Part shown: positions 12,363 through 25,666 of the stretch, piece by piece
Numbering within the stretch: position 1 is the stretch's first letter
Layout of the letters: every line of letters begins with the position of its first letter
NCBI GenBank assembly: GCA_951406725.2
Contig: OX597825.1
Span: 48,732,001-48,796,000, forward strand
Length of the DNA stretch: 64,000 bases
From: Octopus vulgaris
Taxonomy: Eukaryota
Direction of reading: 5' to 3'
Position numbers and translations under genes: made by a program
The notes under the pieces: model-generated
The model's database searches: none
The model's input: the letters and a program-made list of their open reading frames with translations, nothing else
What the model was told of the DNA's origin: nothing

Positions 12363-12610
12363 GTGTGAGTATGTATAGGTGTATGCATGTATGCACACTT
12401 GCTTTAGTATTCATTATCCAACTAGCAGCATGATCTAACAAAGAACTTATTTAAAACAAACATCTGAAGAAGCGCATCTTACATTTTGGATGGATGGTAG
12501 TGATTACACAAGCTAATTTTAACATTTCACCAATATACAAGTGTAAAAATTTGTCGAAACAATTGTCGAGGTTTTAAATAAAGAATGCCATTCAATCCAT
12601 TTTCTATTAT
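11965..12610. mobile_element. Old inverted pair of PLE-type termini with HHR motifs around a (TA)n tract
   Basis: 11975-12160 is the diverged reverse complement of 12425-12610. Plus copy: CTGAAGA (12464-12470)..GAAAC-aatt-GTC (12556-12567), flanked by ttatttaaaac/gttttaaataa. Confidence 0.65.
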
Positions 12611-12689
12611 TTATTCATACATACATAGATACACACACACACACACAACACACACACACACACACACACACGCGCGCACACACACACAC

Positions 12690-13260
12690 GCAAATAGTTT
12701 ACTTGCATCATGATGATTCGTGCCGTGTATCAAAATGTCAACATCATGACTGCTGTTCAATGCTTTATGAACTCTGTAAAAATTGTGAGGCCAACTGCTT
12801 GAGAAAGGCAAAGATTTTTCTGAACGAGCTGAGCCATCCAGGTGAGTGAGGATGAAAAGTACTTCTGCCAGGACCAGTTGCACAACATCCAGAAAAACAG
12901 ATGGCTTGCTTACAATCCGTGTAATTCCACACGTATCATCAAAACCAAATTTCTCCAAACTGTGATGGTGCTTCGATGTCTCTCCAGTGAGAGTGACGTC
13001 AGGCTGCTCTACATATTTAACTTCACCAGCCCCAACATTTCTGGCTTCCTAACTCCTGGTGACCCCCAGGGATTATATGTGTGTGACGCAGTTGAGAAAG
13101 ATACCAACCACTCTATCTGCAATACGAAGACCAAGTTTGCGGCCAGGATCAAGGAGGTGTTTGAAGATCTTCCCAGAGACACAGCAAGAAACCATGTGCT
13201 ATGTTCCGGAGTCGTTTTGAAGCACTGATGAGAGCTGAGAGCGGCAACTTTGAGTAAACT
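12690..13260 (+). mobile_element. Decayed Tc1/mariner transposase, maT/DD37D-like
   Basis: SEDEKYF..NIQKNRWL..KTKFLQTVMV..SSE.DV; P..L..YV...VEKDTN...NT....ARIKEVFEDLP. Confidence 0.7.
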
Positions 13261-13524
13261 GTTATCTCCCATCTATCACCTAAAGGGTGTTCAGATTAAA
13301 TTTGTTAGTTTGCATAAAAGGAAAAAGAAACACAATATTCTATCGGAAAATAAAAGTACTTTAAAAAATCGAAAAGTATCAATCTATATCGAACATGTGT
13401 TTACTCCCTTACTTCCCTTTTTTATCAGTACCCATTCCATGTAGTTTCCTTTCTACATTTCATAATTTATACAACATTCTTTACATATTCGCTTCTTACA
13501 GTTTTGTTGATTTAATATTTCATA

Positions 13525-14303
13525 TCTACTATATAAACGAAAATGTATGTGCGTGCGTGTTTGCGTTTGAGTGTGTGTATGTGTGTGTGTGTATCTGTGT
13601 GTGCGCGCGCGTGTAGCCTCGAAAGTCTCTGAACTCTAGAAAAACAGATTTGATTTTCGAAATCTGCGAGAAAAACGGATTTGATTTTCGAAATCTGCGT
13701 CCCAACGGCAGATTTTCGGTTAAAATTAATCTAAAAATATAATTTGATCTGGGAAATAACTCAGCTTTATATCAACAAAGCTACCACTTTTTATCAGTCT
13801 CCCCCAGTTTCTGTCTCTGTTACTTCTTTCCTCTCTCCTTATATTTACCACGCTCTCTCTGTATATGTGTGTCTTTCACGCATGATTCTGCATTTCAGTT
13901 TCCATTGTTTTCCTTTTGTGTAAAGCTTTGTCATTGTTATCTTTACTCTCATTATGTGATAGACAGCTATCATTTATAAAACACTAGTTTCCAACCCCTG
14001 TCTTCTGATTGCGTAAAAATGATCAAAATCTAAACCTCTGTAGCATTTTTCCAATATTTTGTTTTCTGGAGTGACTGAATCAGAAAATACGATTTAGCGA
14101 GAAAAAGTACTTGAAAATGCTAAATTTAGAAGTTTTCACTTATTTTAAAAATTGAAAATCTGAGACAGCCACAGAAAAGATCTCTGTCTATATTTTTCCA
14201 TCTTTCATTCACACGTTTGTACTTGTAAACTTTACCCCTCTGTATATATTTACCGCACACTCTGTCACTCTTTCCATGAATATGTATATTGCCCACGCTT
14301 AGT
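13525..14303 (+). mobile_element. Probable non-autonomous Helitron
   Basis: 5' A|TCTACTATATAAACG followed by a TG-rich tract, like the other Helitron 5' ends here; internal 31 bp tandem duplication at 13640-13700. 3' end uncertain (gcccacgc-TTAG|T). Confidence 0.45.
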
Positions 14304-15486
14304 ATATCTATCTTTGTGTTTGTGTGTATGTGTACATGCGTGTGTGCCTGTATGTAAGAAATTTCCTTGTTTTATATGCTTAAGGAAGTAGATTAGTTAA
14401 AGTGTTAGGGAAGAAATCATGTAGTGTCTCTTCCGACTCTTTGAATTCAAACTGTGACACATCCGCTGTCGCTGTTGTGGAGATGTATCGACGGTCATTA
14501 CTTTGGGTCAATATCGGTGGAGAGGAGAGACTTGCAAGCACGCATAGGCAACAGTTAACCTCTTCAAAAAAATAAAAAAAGACAATCTTGCGAATCATTT
14601 CTTTTGCAGCGGAACAATATCTGGAACCTGGTAGTCGTTCTGCAACGAAAATTTTGTTGCTGCATGAAATACAAATTAAATCTGAATTTAACAGCTTTGT
14701 GTGTTATTGAATAGTTGCTCCGGAAATGTAGGGAAATATTGGTTAGGATCTGTGCAAATTTATATCACTGAAATCATTCCTTCTTTGTTCAGATGCTAAT
14801 AATACATACATTTTTATGTTGCTGAGCGTTTGTATGTCAAACTTAGTGGAAGAATCTATCATACAGGTATGCATACATACACTCATGCACATACACACAT
14901 ACGCATTTAGACACTAACACTGATACAAACATATACACACACACGTATGCATACATATATAAATGCATACATATAGGTATATGTGCTTTTTGTGTGTATG
15001 TAATACGAAATATGATTTTCTCTTTCAATTTCTTTTATTTCTTTCTATAGATCAAGGGTTGTTTAAGCATACATCTGTCATGTACTCTGACTGACTGGTC
15101 CACCACACTTCAGTTTTGAAAGTAAAAAATTGCAGGAAAAGCATGATGTGAAGAAAATAGTTTCCTTTGAGAAAAAGCTACTCAATATTGTAAACATAAC
15201 AAATGACAAACATATGCATTATTACTTTAAGAAGAATGTCAGCGCACTGATTGATATCTGTAGCTATACTGGAACTTAGAGCAGTTAATATTACTCTGCT
15301 TTTTAAAAATGCGCAAGTTTGACATCTATGTATTTAAAGGGGAAAATAAAACTTCCAGACAAAAATGATCTGAAAACAGTGTGAAATTTATTTTTTTCTA
15401 GAATTTTAAATAAGAAGTGAAAGTATTCAAAGTGTTGTAGTAATATTATTTTTCAGCCTATTTACCAGACGATAGCGTAAATGTTT

Positions 15487-15528
<42 letters not shown>

Positions 15529-17949
15529 CATTACGTCTCAATGAGTTTGATCTCCAATCATAAAGTATTCAATTTTGGTTATGCACATTGTTTTAGACTG
15601 AAATTGAAAGAAATGTCATTTCAAAATTAATGATAACAAACTTGGCATCCACTAAATCACCGATTCTGAATAATTACTTCACTTTAACTTATACTTTAGA
15701 GGGAAAGACACTGCCTTGTGTCATCACGTTGGTTATTGCTGTAAAGAACAAAGAAATGGTAGAAAATCAGCATATTTGATCTGAAACTATACTGCATTTG
15801 ACTGCTGTTAGAAGTCGCACCATCGATACAGAATTAAGAAAGTAATTGGTAAATACTTTGGACATAAAAAAAGAAAATGATTTTCATTAACATACCAAAT
15901 TATAAAGACGAAATAACTAACCTAGAATTATACTTTTGGTAGCAATCAGCAATCGTAACATAGATTAAGTCCAAGACGACGTTACAGAATAGTTTGGAAA
16001 ATTCTTGAATTCTGCAACATCAGAACAATTCTCGAAGGTAACGCAACACTTTGAAAATTCCCCACATATGTTAAATTTGCTGGAGAGTGATAAGAATTTA
16101 GGAACTTCATCTAAATTTGATAGTGGAAGTTTTCTAGAGAAGAACGAGGAAGATTACTTTCTTTAAAATCAGAGCAGAGAAATATCGTAAAAAGATCTTA
16201 ACTTGCGAAGAAAGATATAAATTAAGAATTGTCAAATAGAAAACATACTGCATAGCATGAAAGCTCCATAATGTATATAGAATCAGAATGAAAGATATTC
16301 ACATAGAACTTGTTAATAACAGTAAACTCAACTCCGTTATCTAAATGGAAGTCACAATTGTTACAATCCCAAAGCAGTTACAATTGTTACAAATTTTCTA
16401 TAATTACAAAACAAAATAGATTCGTTCAGTTTTCTTCATTCTTTGTCATGGGTAGTGATCCCCACTTTAAACTATCTTTTAGAATTAAAATCATAAAAAA
16501 AGTAAGAGATGGGACTCTCTTTTCACCATTTAGTTAGAGGTGGGAGAGTAGAACACATAGTTCTTTTAAACACTTCTGACACTAGTGGGAGAAAGGAACG
16601 AAGTTATCTACCAAGATGCTTACAACAGAGTAGACTCCAGTAAAAGCACCTAAGAACAAAGTGTGGATTTTAACCCGGGTGTTAACCTCTCTAAAACAAG
16701 AATAGTCTTTACAAGGACATTTCAGTTTCTGTTTCACAAATTTTACTCTAAATACGGATCTATAGTATACACGGTATATAACACACGCCAAAGATACTAT
16801 ACTATGGGATCGAATTGAAAATCACATAGTTGTGAATCAAAGTTGTAATTCCCACAAGCATAACTGTTGTCATATTAATATCTGGGGTAAATTTTTTTTA
16901 GTTTGATATTTTATTAGTGTTAACAGTGTCAACGCAACGATATCTGGATCTCTGGATTAGAATGTGTCACTAATTACCAATACATTCTGATAACTTTCTT
17001 TAAACTACTATTAATTATATTCTAATTGGTAGGATTCTATCGATTCTTGACATATAAAAGTCAAAATTGTTTCATTAAAATAAAAACTTAAAACTGAGAG
17101 AGTCGAAACTAGATGCTGGAAAGTATTTAGTTCGATGCTCAGGTATTTGTCAGATAACAGGCCCTCTGCGATTAAAAAGTAAAATAAATGATATAGAAAT
17201 TTCCACGAAAATCATGAAAATAGAAATTAAAAAGAGCTCTAATACAAGACAATGTGGTATGTTGAGGTGATAGAAAGCATTAATTTATGGCAATAACTGA
17301 ATAATGTAGTCGTAGAAGCACGAAGTACAATAGCCAGTCTGGTAAAATATAAAATAACATGAAGAGAATTAGAAAATACAAAATACGAAGATATTCAAAG
17401 TGAAAAAATTTAAATATCACCGAGAAAAAAAAATGAAACAACAAAAGAAAGTTGAAATTAGATGAGATCATGAGTAAGGAGAGATAAGAAAATGAAAAGA
17501 AAAAAATCTGAGATGAATGAAAAATCACCAAAATAAAGAAATGTTAAAAAATACAATATTTTATGTAAAATAAAATCTTTTAAGTCTGTAAAAAAATTCA
17601 TCAAAACCTTACACCCCACCATATTCCACTAAAATATGGAAATTGACAAGGAGATTTGTAAAACTTTGGTAAGAGGCCAGTAGAGTTGAAATATCACAAT
17701 TTATATAACTTAATGAAAAGTAAAAAAAAAAAAATCACTTTATTCCTCAATGAAATTCGAATAAATTTTGAAAACGGGGTAGAACTGAATGGAGTACATA
17801 TATTTAAAGAGGATAACATTTCATAAATCTAGCTAAAATAATTAACATGTCTAACATGCATTTATGAAGACCTAGTTCACCCAAAACAAAGATTTCTTAA
17901 ATATGCTAAATAATGATAACATACCAGCTGGGTGTATCAATAAAATAAA

Positions 17950-18100
17950 CATTATTATGTTGTGTCTGGAGAGAGTCATTCTTTTTTGGTGCCTTATAAT
18001 TTAACTCACTCACCGGTAATATTTCCACTTATTTCTTTTTTTATTTTTCTAAAATTTTCGTTGCGCCTTGCAACCTTTTCAATAGTTTTGACTCTGTCCG
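17950..18100 (-). mobile_element. Short PLE-terminus-like repeat, three copies in window
   Basis: Homologous to 27885-28030 (same strand) and 28848-28990 (opposite strand). Minus strand has an HHR-derived GTTGC-loop-GCAAC-GAAA hairpin. Confidence 0.55.
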
Positions 18101-18234
18101 TTGCTCACACTTTCCCTATACTAAATAGGAAATATAGATAGTTGATATCATATCCCCATACCCCCAGTTTACACAGGTAGAGTAGAATAGTTAGTGGGCT
18201 GTTATGTAGATGTATGTATGTATGTGTATGTGTG

Positions 18235-18270
<36 letters not shown>

Positions 18271-18289
18271 GATATATGATGTATGTATA

Positions 18290-18940
18290 TGTGTGTGGGT
18301 GAGTGTATACATTTCCTTGCTCGAGAACTCTCTGAACAGTTTCTCTCACTCAACAACTTTTCGACCATATCTTTTTGAGGACATCTATTTCTCTTCATCC
18401 CTCTCAGAAGAAGTCATCATCCTCAGTGACTTCAATATTCGAAACTCATCTTACCTCTCACGTTTATACCCCGCAGGTACAGAATCCAAATATTTTCCAA
18501 TCCTTAACCATTTACATCACATTTCACGCTCTCTGAGTGACACACACACATATTCTAAATACCCGTATCTTCTTACTCACTTCCAGACTCTACTCTCACA
18601 CTCTTGAACCGTTTCTGCACCTTCTTAGATTACTGCTGTTTCACGATAACCCACCACACAGCCATATACTACACAAAATATCGAACTTAAAATCATCTGA
18701 CTGATTTTGTCCCACAAGATCTATGCTATCCTTGGTATAAGTACGTCCCTGCTGGCCCACAGCTTGGCGGCTATCTAAGATACTTCTCTTAGGCATGTGC
18801 CATAAGATCCCCAATTGCCAAAATCCACTGGCCAAGTATACAAAGTGTACTTACTCTGCACCGCAGACGTATGCTTTTCTATATTGCCGAGTCCTTCGTC
18901 ACTTACGCTACTCATGCTGTAGCCATTGAAGTCATTGTAA
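18290..18940 (+). mobile_element. CR1/L2-group LINE endonuclease remnant
   Basis: EEVIILSDFNIRNSSYL..PAG....F.ILN.L matches the APE GDFN motif region. Confidence 0.55.
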
Positions 18941-18953
18941 CATACACACGCAC

Positions 18954-19019
<66 letters not shown>

Positions 19020-19989
19020 ATCAACCATCAATTTATATATAACCAAGTTAGTTTCCTTTCTATTTTCTAGTTTCCTTTCTATTTCATAGTTGCTATGTTA
19101 ACTATAGCCAATGTCGAAATATTCTATTTATTTCTTGCCCTGCACGTTTATTGTATATTATTATATATCAAGTATGAAGGAACGCAAACTGTCCTGATAG
19201 AAAATTGCTTCACAATCTCGATACATTATAAAGGAAAAATAACTTTTTTGATAAAATCAAAATAGTTATTCAGGCAAATGGCTAGAGAACGGAAATTGAG
19301 GTAAACAAAAGCTACAGTGTGAAATGACTTTCATCATAAACCAATTACTGATAGAGAAATACATAATACAGATATGCAACTACGAAAAAGCAACAAGAAA
19401 GCCAAAGAATCCCCCATTATTTATTCACGTATAATATAATATATTTCTGAAGCAAGAGGGAGATTATTTTGCCTGGATGGAAATACAGTTATCAGACAGA
19501 CACCTCTATATGCAGTTTCGTGTGTTTTACCAATTACTCCTGTTTTAATGTTTGGTAAACACAGACGGGATGTTCTGATAGAGCATCATAACATCTACCA
19601 TTGCGACCATTAATCTATTGTAGCTAAGCAACATCTTTAGCTGAAATCGAATGATGGTGCATAGTCACGGTATGCGAAACCAAATCTCAGCTGGCAGGTG
19701 AATGAAGAGGCTGCGATTGTAAGTGGCACACTAAATTACAGTAGAGTGTCAGAGACTAAAAGTTTTCGAGTGACAGATACTGTATACTATTTTATACATC
19801 TCTACTAAATACATCTCTACAATATACACTTCCATTCCACAATACGTGCATCCTCCAAATTATACACTCCTACCACATTACTTCTCTACACTCTACCTCT
19901 TCTCCACTATATCCCACTTTATCCAACCCTCCATTACAATCTACACTCTCTCCCTCTATTTCATTGCAGCTTAACACCGTAAACGAAAG

Positions 19990-20230
19990 TTCACGAAGAA
20001 TGCTATCTACGTCGACCGCACATTCTCGATTGAATGAGGAGACCGGTACAGGAGAGACATACCTGGTCACAGCAGTTGCATTGGAGATTCTCTTTTCGAT
20101 TTGGTGCTGTTGTATCATTTTCTCGTCATGAAAACCCTGTACGCAGTTCCAAAGGAAGCGATATTGTGGCGAGTGTGGCCGAAGTCTGGTAATCGAAGAC
20201 TATCGTAGACTACTGCATACATGCACTACA
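19990..20230 (-). mobile_element. RTE LINE 3' fragment
   Basis: CDQVCLSCTGLLIQSRMC resembles the RTE C-terminal C..C.SR.GL.SH.R.C finger. Confidence 0.5.
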
Positions 20231-20809
20231 CTAGATTATACCAATGGACGGCATCATTATTAAAGGTAATGAAAGTGTGGAGGATTGTCGGAATTTGAGA
20301 AGTGATTGATAAAATAACTTTCTGCATTTAGTTCTATCCATTTTCTTCTTGAGTTCAAACCCATCTTTGCCCTTCCTCATCCGTTGCATTTTGTGTCAGT
20401 TTAATAGACTATGCTCAATTCCAATATTTCAGACTTAGTCTTTATGTTAGGAACCTTTACTAATATTAATGAAATGGAAATAAGTTGTTATCGAAACAGC
20501 GGATAACATATATTTTCTTCCGTATAAATAGAATCTCATTGAAAATGTTTTACTTACATTCATTCAAGATCAATAAACTAAATATCGGTCATATTCGTTC
20601 TCCCTCATAGATTCGGTTCACTGGAATATTATCTACTCACCTCCTACAGACACGACTAGCTGAAATATTATCAGCGTTTCACTCCTATTGACCCACCTTA
20701 ATGGAATATCACTAAAGTTCCAACCCTAAACTAGAAATCACACAACTCACTGTATTTGTACTTAAATCTGTTATTAACCTATAACATTTGCATAACATAA
20801 TCCCATTTA

Positions 20810-21025
20810 TTGGTTTCAAAATTTGACAGAAGGCCAGAATTTTTGCGGGTGAGAGTAGATCGATTCAATTGATCCTAGCACTCCACTGGTACTCACTTTA
20901 TCAAGCCCAAAAAGATGAGAGGCAAAGTAGCCCTCTGAGGAATTTAAACTCAGAACGTGATGACGTATGAAATGCTGTAAGCATTTTGCCCGATGTGCTA
21001 ACGATTCAGCTAAGTCACTACCTTA
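20810..21025 (-). mobile_element. SINE, same family as 4723-4912
   Basis: ggtttcaaaattt..ctggtact..ttatc..aaagatga.aggcaaagt..gaatttaaactcagaac. Confidence 0.75.
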
Positions 21026-21114
21026 TGTGTCAATAATGATTACATAGAGATTCCTTATACAATTAATAGCTATAAAAGATATAACCTGTTTCATTAGTAG
21101 TCATAAAAATACTC

Positions 21115-21190
21115 TATGAGGTTGTGAGTTCGATTCCTGGACAGGGCAGTGTGCTGTGTTCTTGAGTAAGACACTTTATTTCACGTTGAT
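21115..21190 (+). mobile_element. CORE/V-type SINE head fragment
   Basis: B-box gagttcgattcc followed by gtgttcttgagtaagacacttt. Confidence 0.55.
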
Positions 21191-22929
21191 TGTGAGTGAA
21201 ATATTTCCTCCTCTAGGATAATACACCAGTATATTTCAGGTAAAACCCATAGATTCGTTTACACTGCAAAATAAATTAAGGCATGAAGAACAAAGTAATT
21301 TGACAGAAACCAAGTGAAATGTCTGAAGGCGTTTTGAACTTGTAACCTGTGAACAAGAGGTCCAATAAATTAATCTAATCTACTCTGCCAGTCTAATTAA
21401 ACTCCGATACCTTCTCAGGCGAAGGTAATCGAAACTATTACTGAATATCTATCAGAGAAAGCATCTCGTTCTGCCCTGACAACTTTATGGCTCTAAATCG
21501 AATCAATATGATATAAAAGTTTAACTTGATTTTTCGTAAAAAATGCTTGTTTTTACTCCAACATTTAAAAGAAATCAAGGTTTTGGGAAATAGTTTAAAA
21601 CTTTAAATAGACACAATGGAAACTATCGATTATTTGGCGATCAAAAGCCAAGCACTGAAGATGAACATTCCAATTTTAATATTCTTTCATAAAACTAATC
21701 CTAATTTTGAATTTAAAACATATTGGACCTCAGTAAAAATTTATTTACATTTTTTATGACTAAGAATAAGGAATTTATTAAATATGCATATTCGCAATAT
21801 ATATTTGTATACCGCATAGTTATATGCACTCATATATGTGTGCATAAAATTTTATTTTAGTATTATGGTATTCCCAGCTTGTAAATTTATTTAAAAATTA
21901 TATCATTGGATCGATACTTGCTGATTTTTAACGAAAATTGAAGAGTTTGAGGCAAATTGTAGATTTTGACTAGTTTTTCGATTCCTTGTCAGAGCTAATT
22001 TACTTGACTTGCACTAGTTTTTATGGCCATTAGAATGGTATGGGCGTCATATCATTTAGGCTCTCATTTCTTTAAAATTTAGCGCTAGAAAAAGTTCGGT
22101 GCTTAGCTACAGATCAGTCCTGATTGAGCAGAACTATGATCAATGCCATTCTGTCAAGAGATATATTGTCAAATGCGTCTTTATTAAGACGACAGACAAT
22201 AATTTGAGGTAGATCGGTCAAGTTATTTTCAGTGGGATTTAAAACACACCGAAGTAACATCAAAACCGATAGTAATAACATACCTGATGAAATGATGTAA
22301 AATCTGTTTCGAAATCAAATTTCTGTGCAAAGAATCAAATTACCAGAAAATACGTCACACGTTAGAAAATTGGATCAAGAGATAATAGGACATTTTTGCA
22401 AAGAAACATGAACGAAATAATATTTAATTCAATGAAGATATTCTGATCTAGAGTATAAATTTTCTTGACAATAACAAAAAAAGATATTATCACTTTCCAT
22501 CTCTCGAAATCCATTATTTGATATTTAGACAAAAAAAAATCTGTTGCAGTTTTGTATAATCAAAGTACAGCTATAAGAAGGCACACCCGTCCATTTTTAA
22601 GCGCATATAGTAGCATGTACCATGATTTCACTATTTGTTTGAGGTATATATGTAGTCACATAGACACCTCCTCAGCCCTCTCACCCTTGATTCTGTGCAT
22701 CACCCAGAATGTACGGCTGAAAAGGAAGGAGAAGTATGCCAGCACCTGACTGGTACACACTACGACTGAGCAGACTGAGGCAAAATGAAATGAAATGCGT
22801 TGAAAATTTATGAGCTGAAAGGTGATGATGGTAAAAATGAATAAGTAAACTACATTTTGTAGTGAAGTTGTAAACCGTCAATCCATTTACATCTACACTT
22901 GTATCTATACCAAGACATATTCAAAAAGG

Positions 22930-23240
22930 AAGAGGAAATGGTAGATATATACTTTATGGAGGATACCCTTGATAGAGGGCATGGTTAGTGTCTCTGAAGT
23001 AGAATGGGAAAACAGCAAATAGAAGTGACATAAATTGGTCAGAGAATTTGAAAGTCTTTCAGTTTGATAGCAACAAGCATAGACGATGACAATCTGGGAT
23101 TGTCAGTGTTTTTAACCTTACGGAGGAATTAGTGAAAATTCGAGATGTTTTCGAGATGATGTTGGCTGCCGTAGATGGAAGTAAGGAGTAGGAAATAAAC
23201 TGAGGTTTTGGTTAGAAAGCGTGCAGTCTCAGCGAAGTTT
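22930..23240 (-). mobile_element. Decayed CR1/L2/Jockey-group LINE fragment
   Basis: Very degenerate pre-RT region by eye. Confidence 0.3.
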
Positions 23241-23429
23241 TGAACTAAAAATATTAATTGCTAACATGGTAAATATTCGTTCGCTAAACTATAATATCTC
23301 TACATTTCAAATGCTTTTATAATAATATCACATCAGTGATGGAGTTGGCAGTGTACTATGGGTTTCAGAAGGAAAATATTAAAATTCTGTTGTGTCTGGA
23401 GTGGGAAAATTTCTGGATTAAAATTTTTT

Positions 23430-23900
23430 TCTGTTACGCCAAAACTCTCTTTTTCCAAACCTGTCCTGACAGTGAATAGTGAAGTCACTTGAAGTAAAAC
23501 AGATTGTGCTCTGAACTCACCCCTCATTGCGAAACTGTTTGAGTCGAGATAATCCAGCAGATACTGGCTAACGTTAGGTAGTTTGCTTACAGCGCCGATA
23601 CGATGCTACTGAAATTTTAGAGCAATAGTAGTCCATGTGGATTCCGGAGTTTTTGAGCCTTTCCTCTCGTTTTGGGACTTTCCGATCATCATGCTAAATG
23701 ACAAAACATTGTTAGTTGTCCTCAGTAATACCGCCATCTGTTGTTGCAGTCCATTCATTTTAGTAGCATACTGAGTATGCTGAAACCATGATGCAGTCTG
23801 CTTCATTGAGGCTTATTGATTCCTGAAAAGATTGTATGGCAATTCCTATTTGGCTGCTCACCGAGCTTGTGTGCCTGTAAGGAAGCAGTCAGTAGTTTAT
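23430..23900 (-). mobile_element. Decayed RTE RT fragment
   Basis: ADCIMV..LQQQM and a downstream YL.S-like segment, in the order expected for RTE RT domains 5-7. Confidence 0.45.
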
Positions 23901-24813
23901 TTCTTATCAACTTATTGCATTCAATCCTTGTTTACTTTTCTGTAAAGTGGTCCTGTAGTCCTCATAGCTCACTGCTGTGTAACAAACATGATTGATGGTC
24001 AAGGAAATTTATCTGCTATTGACACACATCTTATCCAACAAGAACTTCTGCCGATGTTAGAAAAAAAAACTAGGTTAGTTTTTCTTTGCTAACGAGTATA
24101 CACAGTGAGACGATCCACATTAATCTTTAAGACTGAAAACCATGTGTGTTATTTCAGTAAAACACAACTATGTAAGTGTAAATATATAGGAAAAGAAATG
24201 TTTAGTGAGAAATAATGACAGTTAAAGTCAGAATATCCAGTTTTATATCATAAAATACCCAGTATCAACAATATGGAGAGTTTGTGTGTAATAAAATGGG
24301 AAAATATATGCTTCAGAATTTGAAGTTATTAAGAAAGTATTTCCTGAAATATTTCCTTAAAGACAACCAAATCATATATAAACTGAATTATATATAAATA
24401 AATAAAAATCTCATTTGAGGAATATTTTACTGGAGATGTTGTGATTTATTGCAAGACTGATTATCCAGAGAAACCATATTTAGAAACTGTCAGTGTAAAG
24501 AAATATTTTCTTGAGATTAGAGAAGGTAAAATATATTTTTTTTAACAGTTGGCAAAATAATATTCTTCTTTTATTATCAATTCTTATTTATTTTGGACCA
24601 CATATTGAACTTCTAAAATTCCAATTAGTGGTACAGACTGGTAATTTAGAGAGCAAGTAAATTTTGATATCTTGACTCAAATCGAACAGGAAATATAACC
24701 CTAAGTAGTTATGCTGGCTGAAATTATATCAATCGTTAGCTATGACGATTCATATAATAGAACGTTATAAAGTCACCCAATGAAATGCTAAGATTTCTTT
24801 TGTGTCACACATA

Positions 24814-25666
24814 CGAGGTGCGTTCTAAAAGTAACCAACATTATTGATGCCGCGTGGATAAATTCCTTTGGAAACGAATGCGACCTAAATTTCGTGCCGG
24901 TAGGCTACGTCATTTCTCAAGTGTTACGTCTATAGTGCAGACGTTTAGTGTGCGCTCGTCGGATTTTCGTTTTCACATAAGATGACTGAAAGCATCGAAC
25001 AGAGACTATAAATCCATTTCCCCATCAACAGCGGTGATGGTCTTCATGAAGTCTGGAACGTGGTTTGCGCTGTCCATTTCCATACAGAGTTGCTTCTGCT
25101 GCTCCACCAGCCCCTTGAGGACAAATTTCCCCGAGAATTTCTGCATGCACAGATCCCCCATTAAAATAGAATGCAATGATTCTGTGCTTATTTTCACTTC
25201 GTGAACAATTGCCTGGATTATTACACGGCGGTCTTCCATGAATATTCATCGGACCTTCTCAACCGGTTCTTTGTTTTGGCCTGCCTGAACGTGCCTCACT
25301 TTCCACTGAGGTGCAACCATTTTTGAAGCAGTTTTACCAATCATTGATTTAATTTTTGTTTATAGCGTCATCGCCAAAAGCCTGTTGAATCTGCAGGATG
25401 ATTTGTGCTTGAGTATCACCAAGCTTTTGGCAAAAGTTGATGTAGTATCTCTCCTCGATGCGTTCGGTATAAACGAAAATTCGACGAGCGCGTACTACAC
25501 GTCAGTACCCTAGGTATAACAACCGGGAACAGACATAGCCTACAGCTGCGGGAATTTTCAAACATGCACAGAAGGGTTGGCATCACCTTTAACCCAAAGG
25601 ATTTTGCCCATACAGTATTAGTTTTGGCGGGAAAAATAAAGACGGATACTTTCTGAATGCACCTCT
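24814..25666. mobile_element. Mariner derivative built from two 5' halves
   Basis: TA-flanked TIR-like ends (cgaggtgcgttctaaaagta / agaggtgcattcagaaagta). Plus-strand start MTESIEQR at ~24980 abuts a minus-strand transposase N-terminus (INFCQKLGDTQ..RSGRP..EDRRV..KFV.K..PDFMKTI). Confidence 0.75.

Noticed and set aside
19970-20131. Apparent plus-strand terminal exon after a ttgcag acceptor
   Set aside because: Better explained as the antisense of an RTE 3' fragment.
22275-22330. CTGATGA..GAAA
   Set aside because: Stems I and III are weak; plausible by chance in AT-rich DNA.
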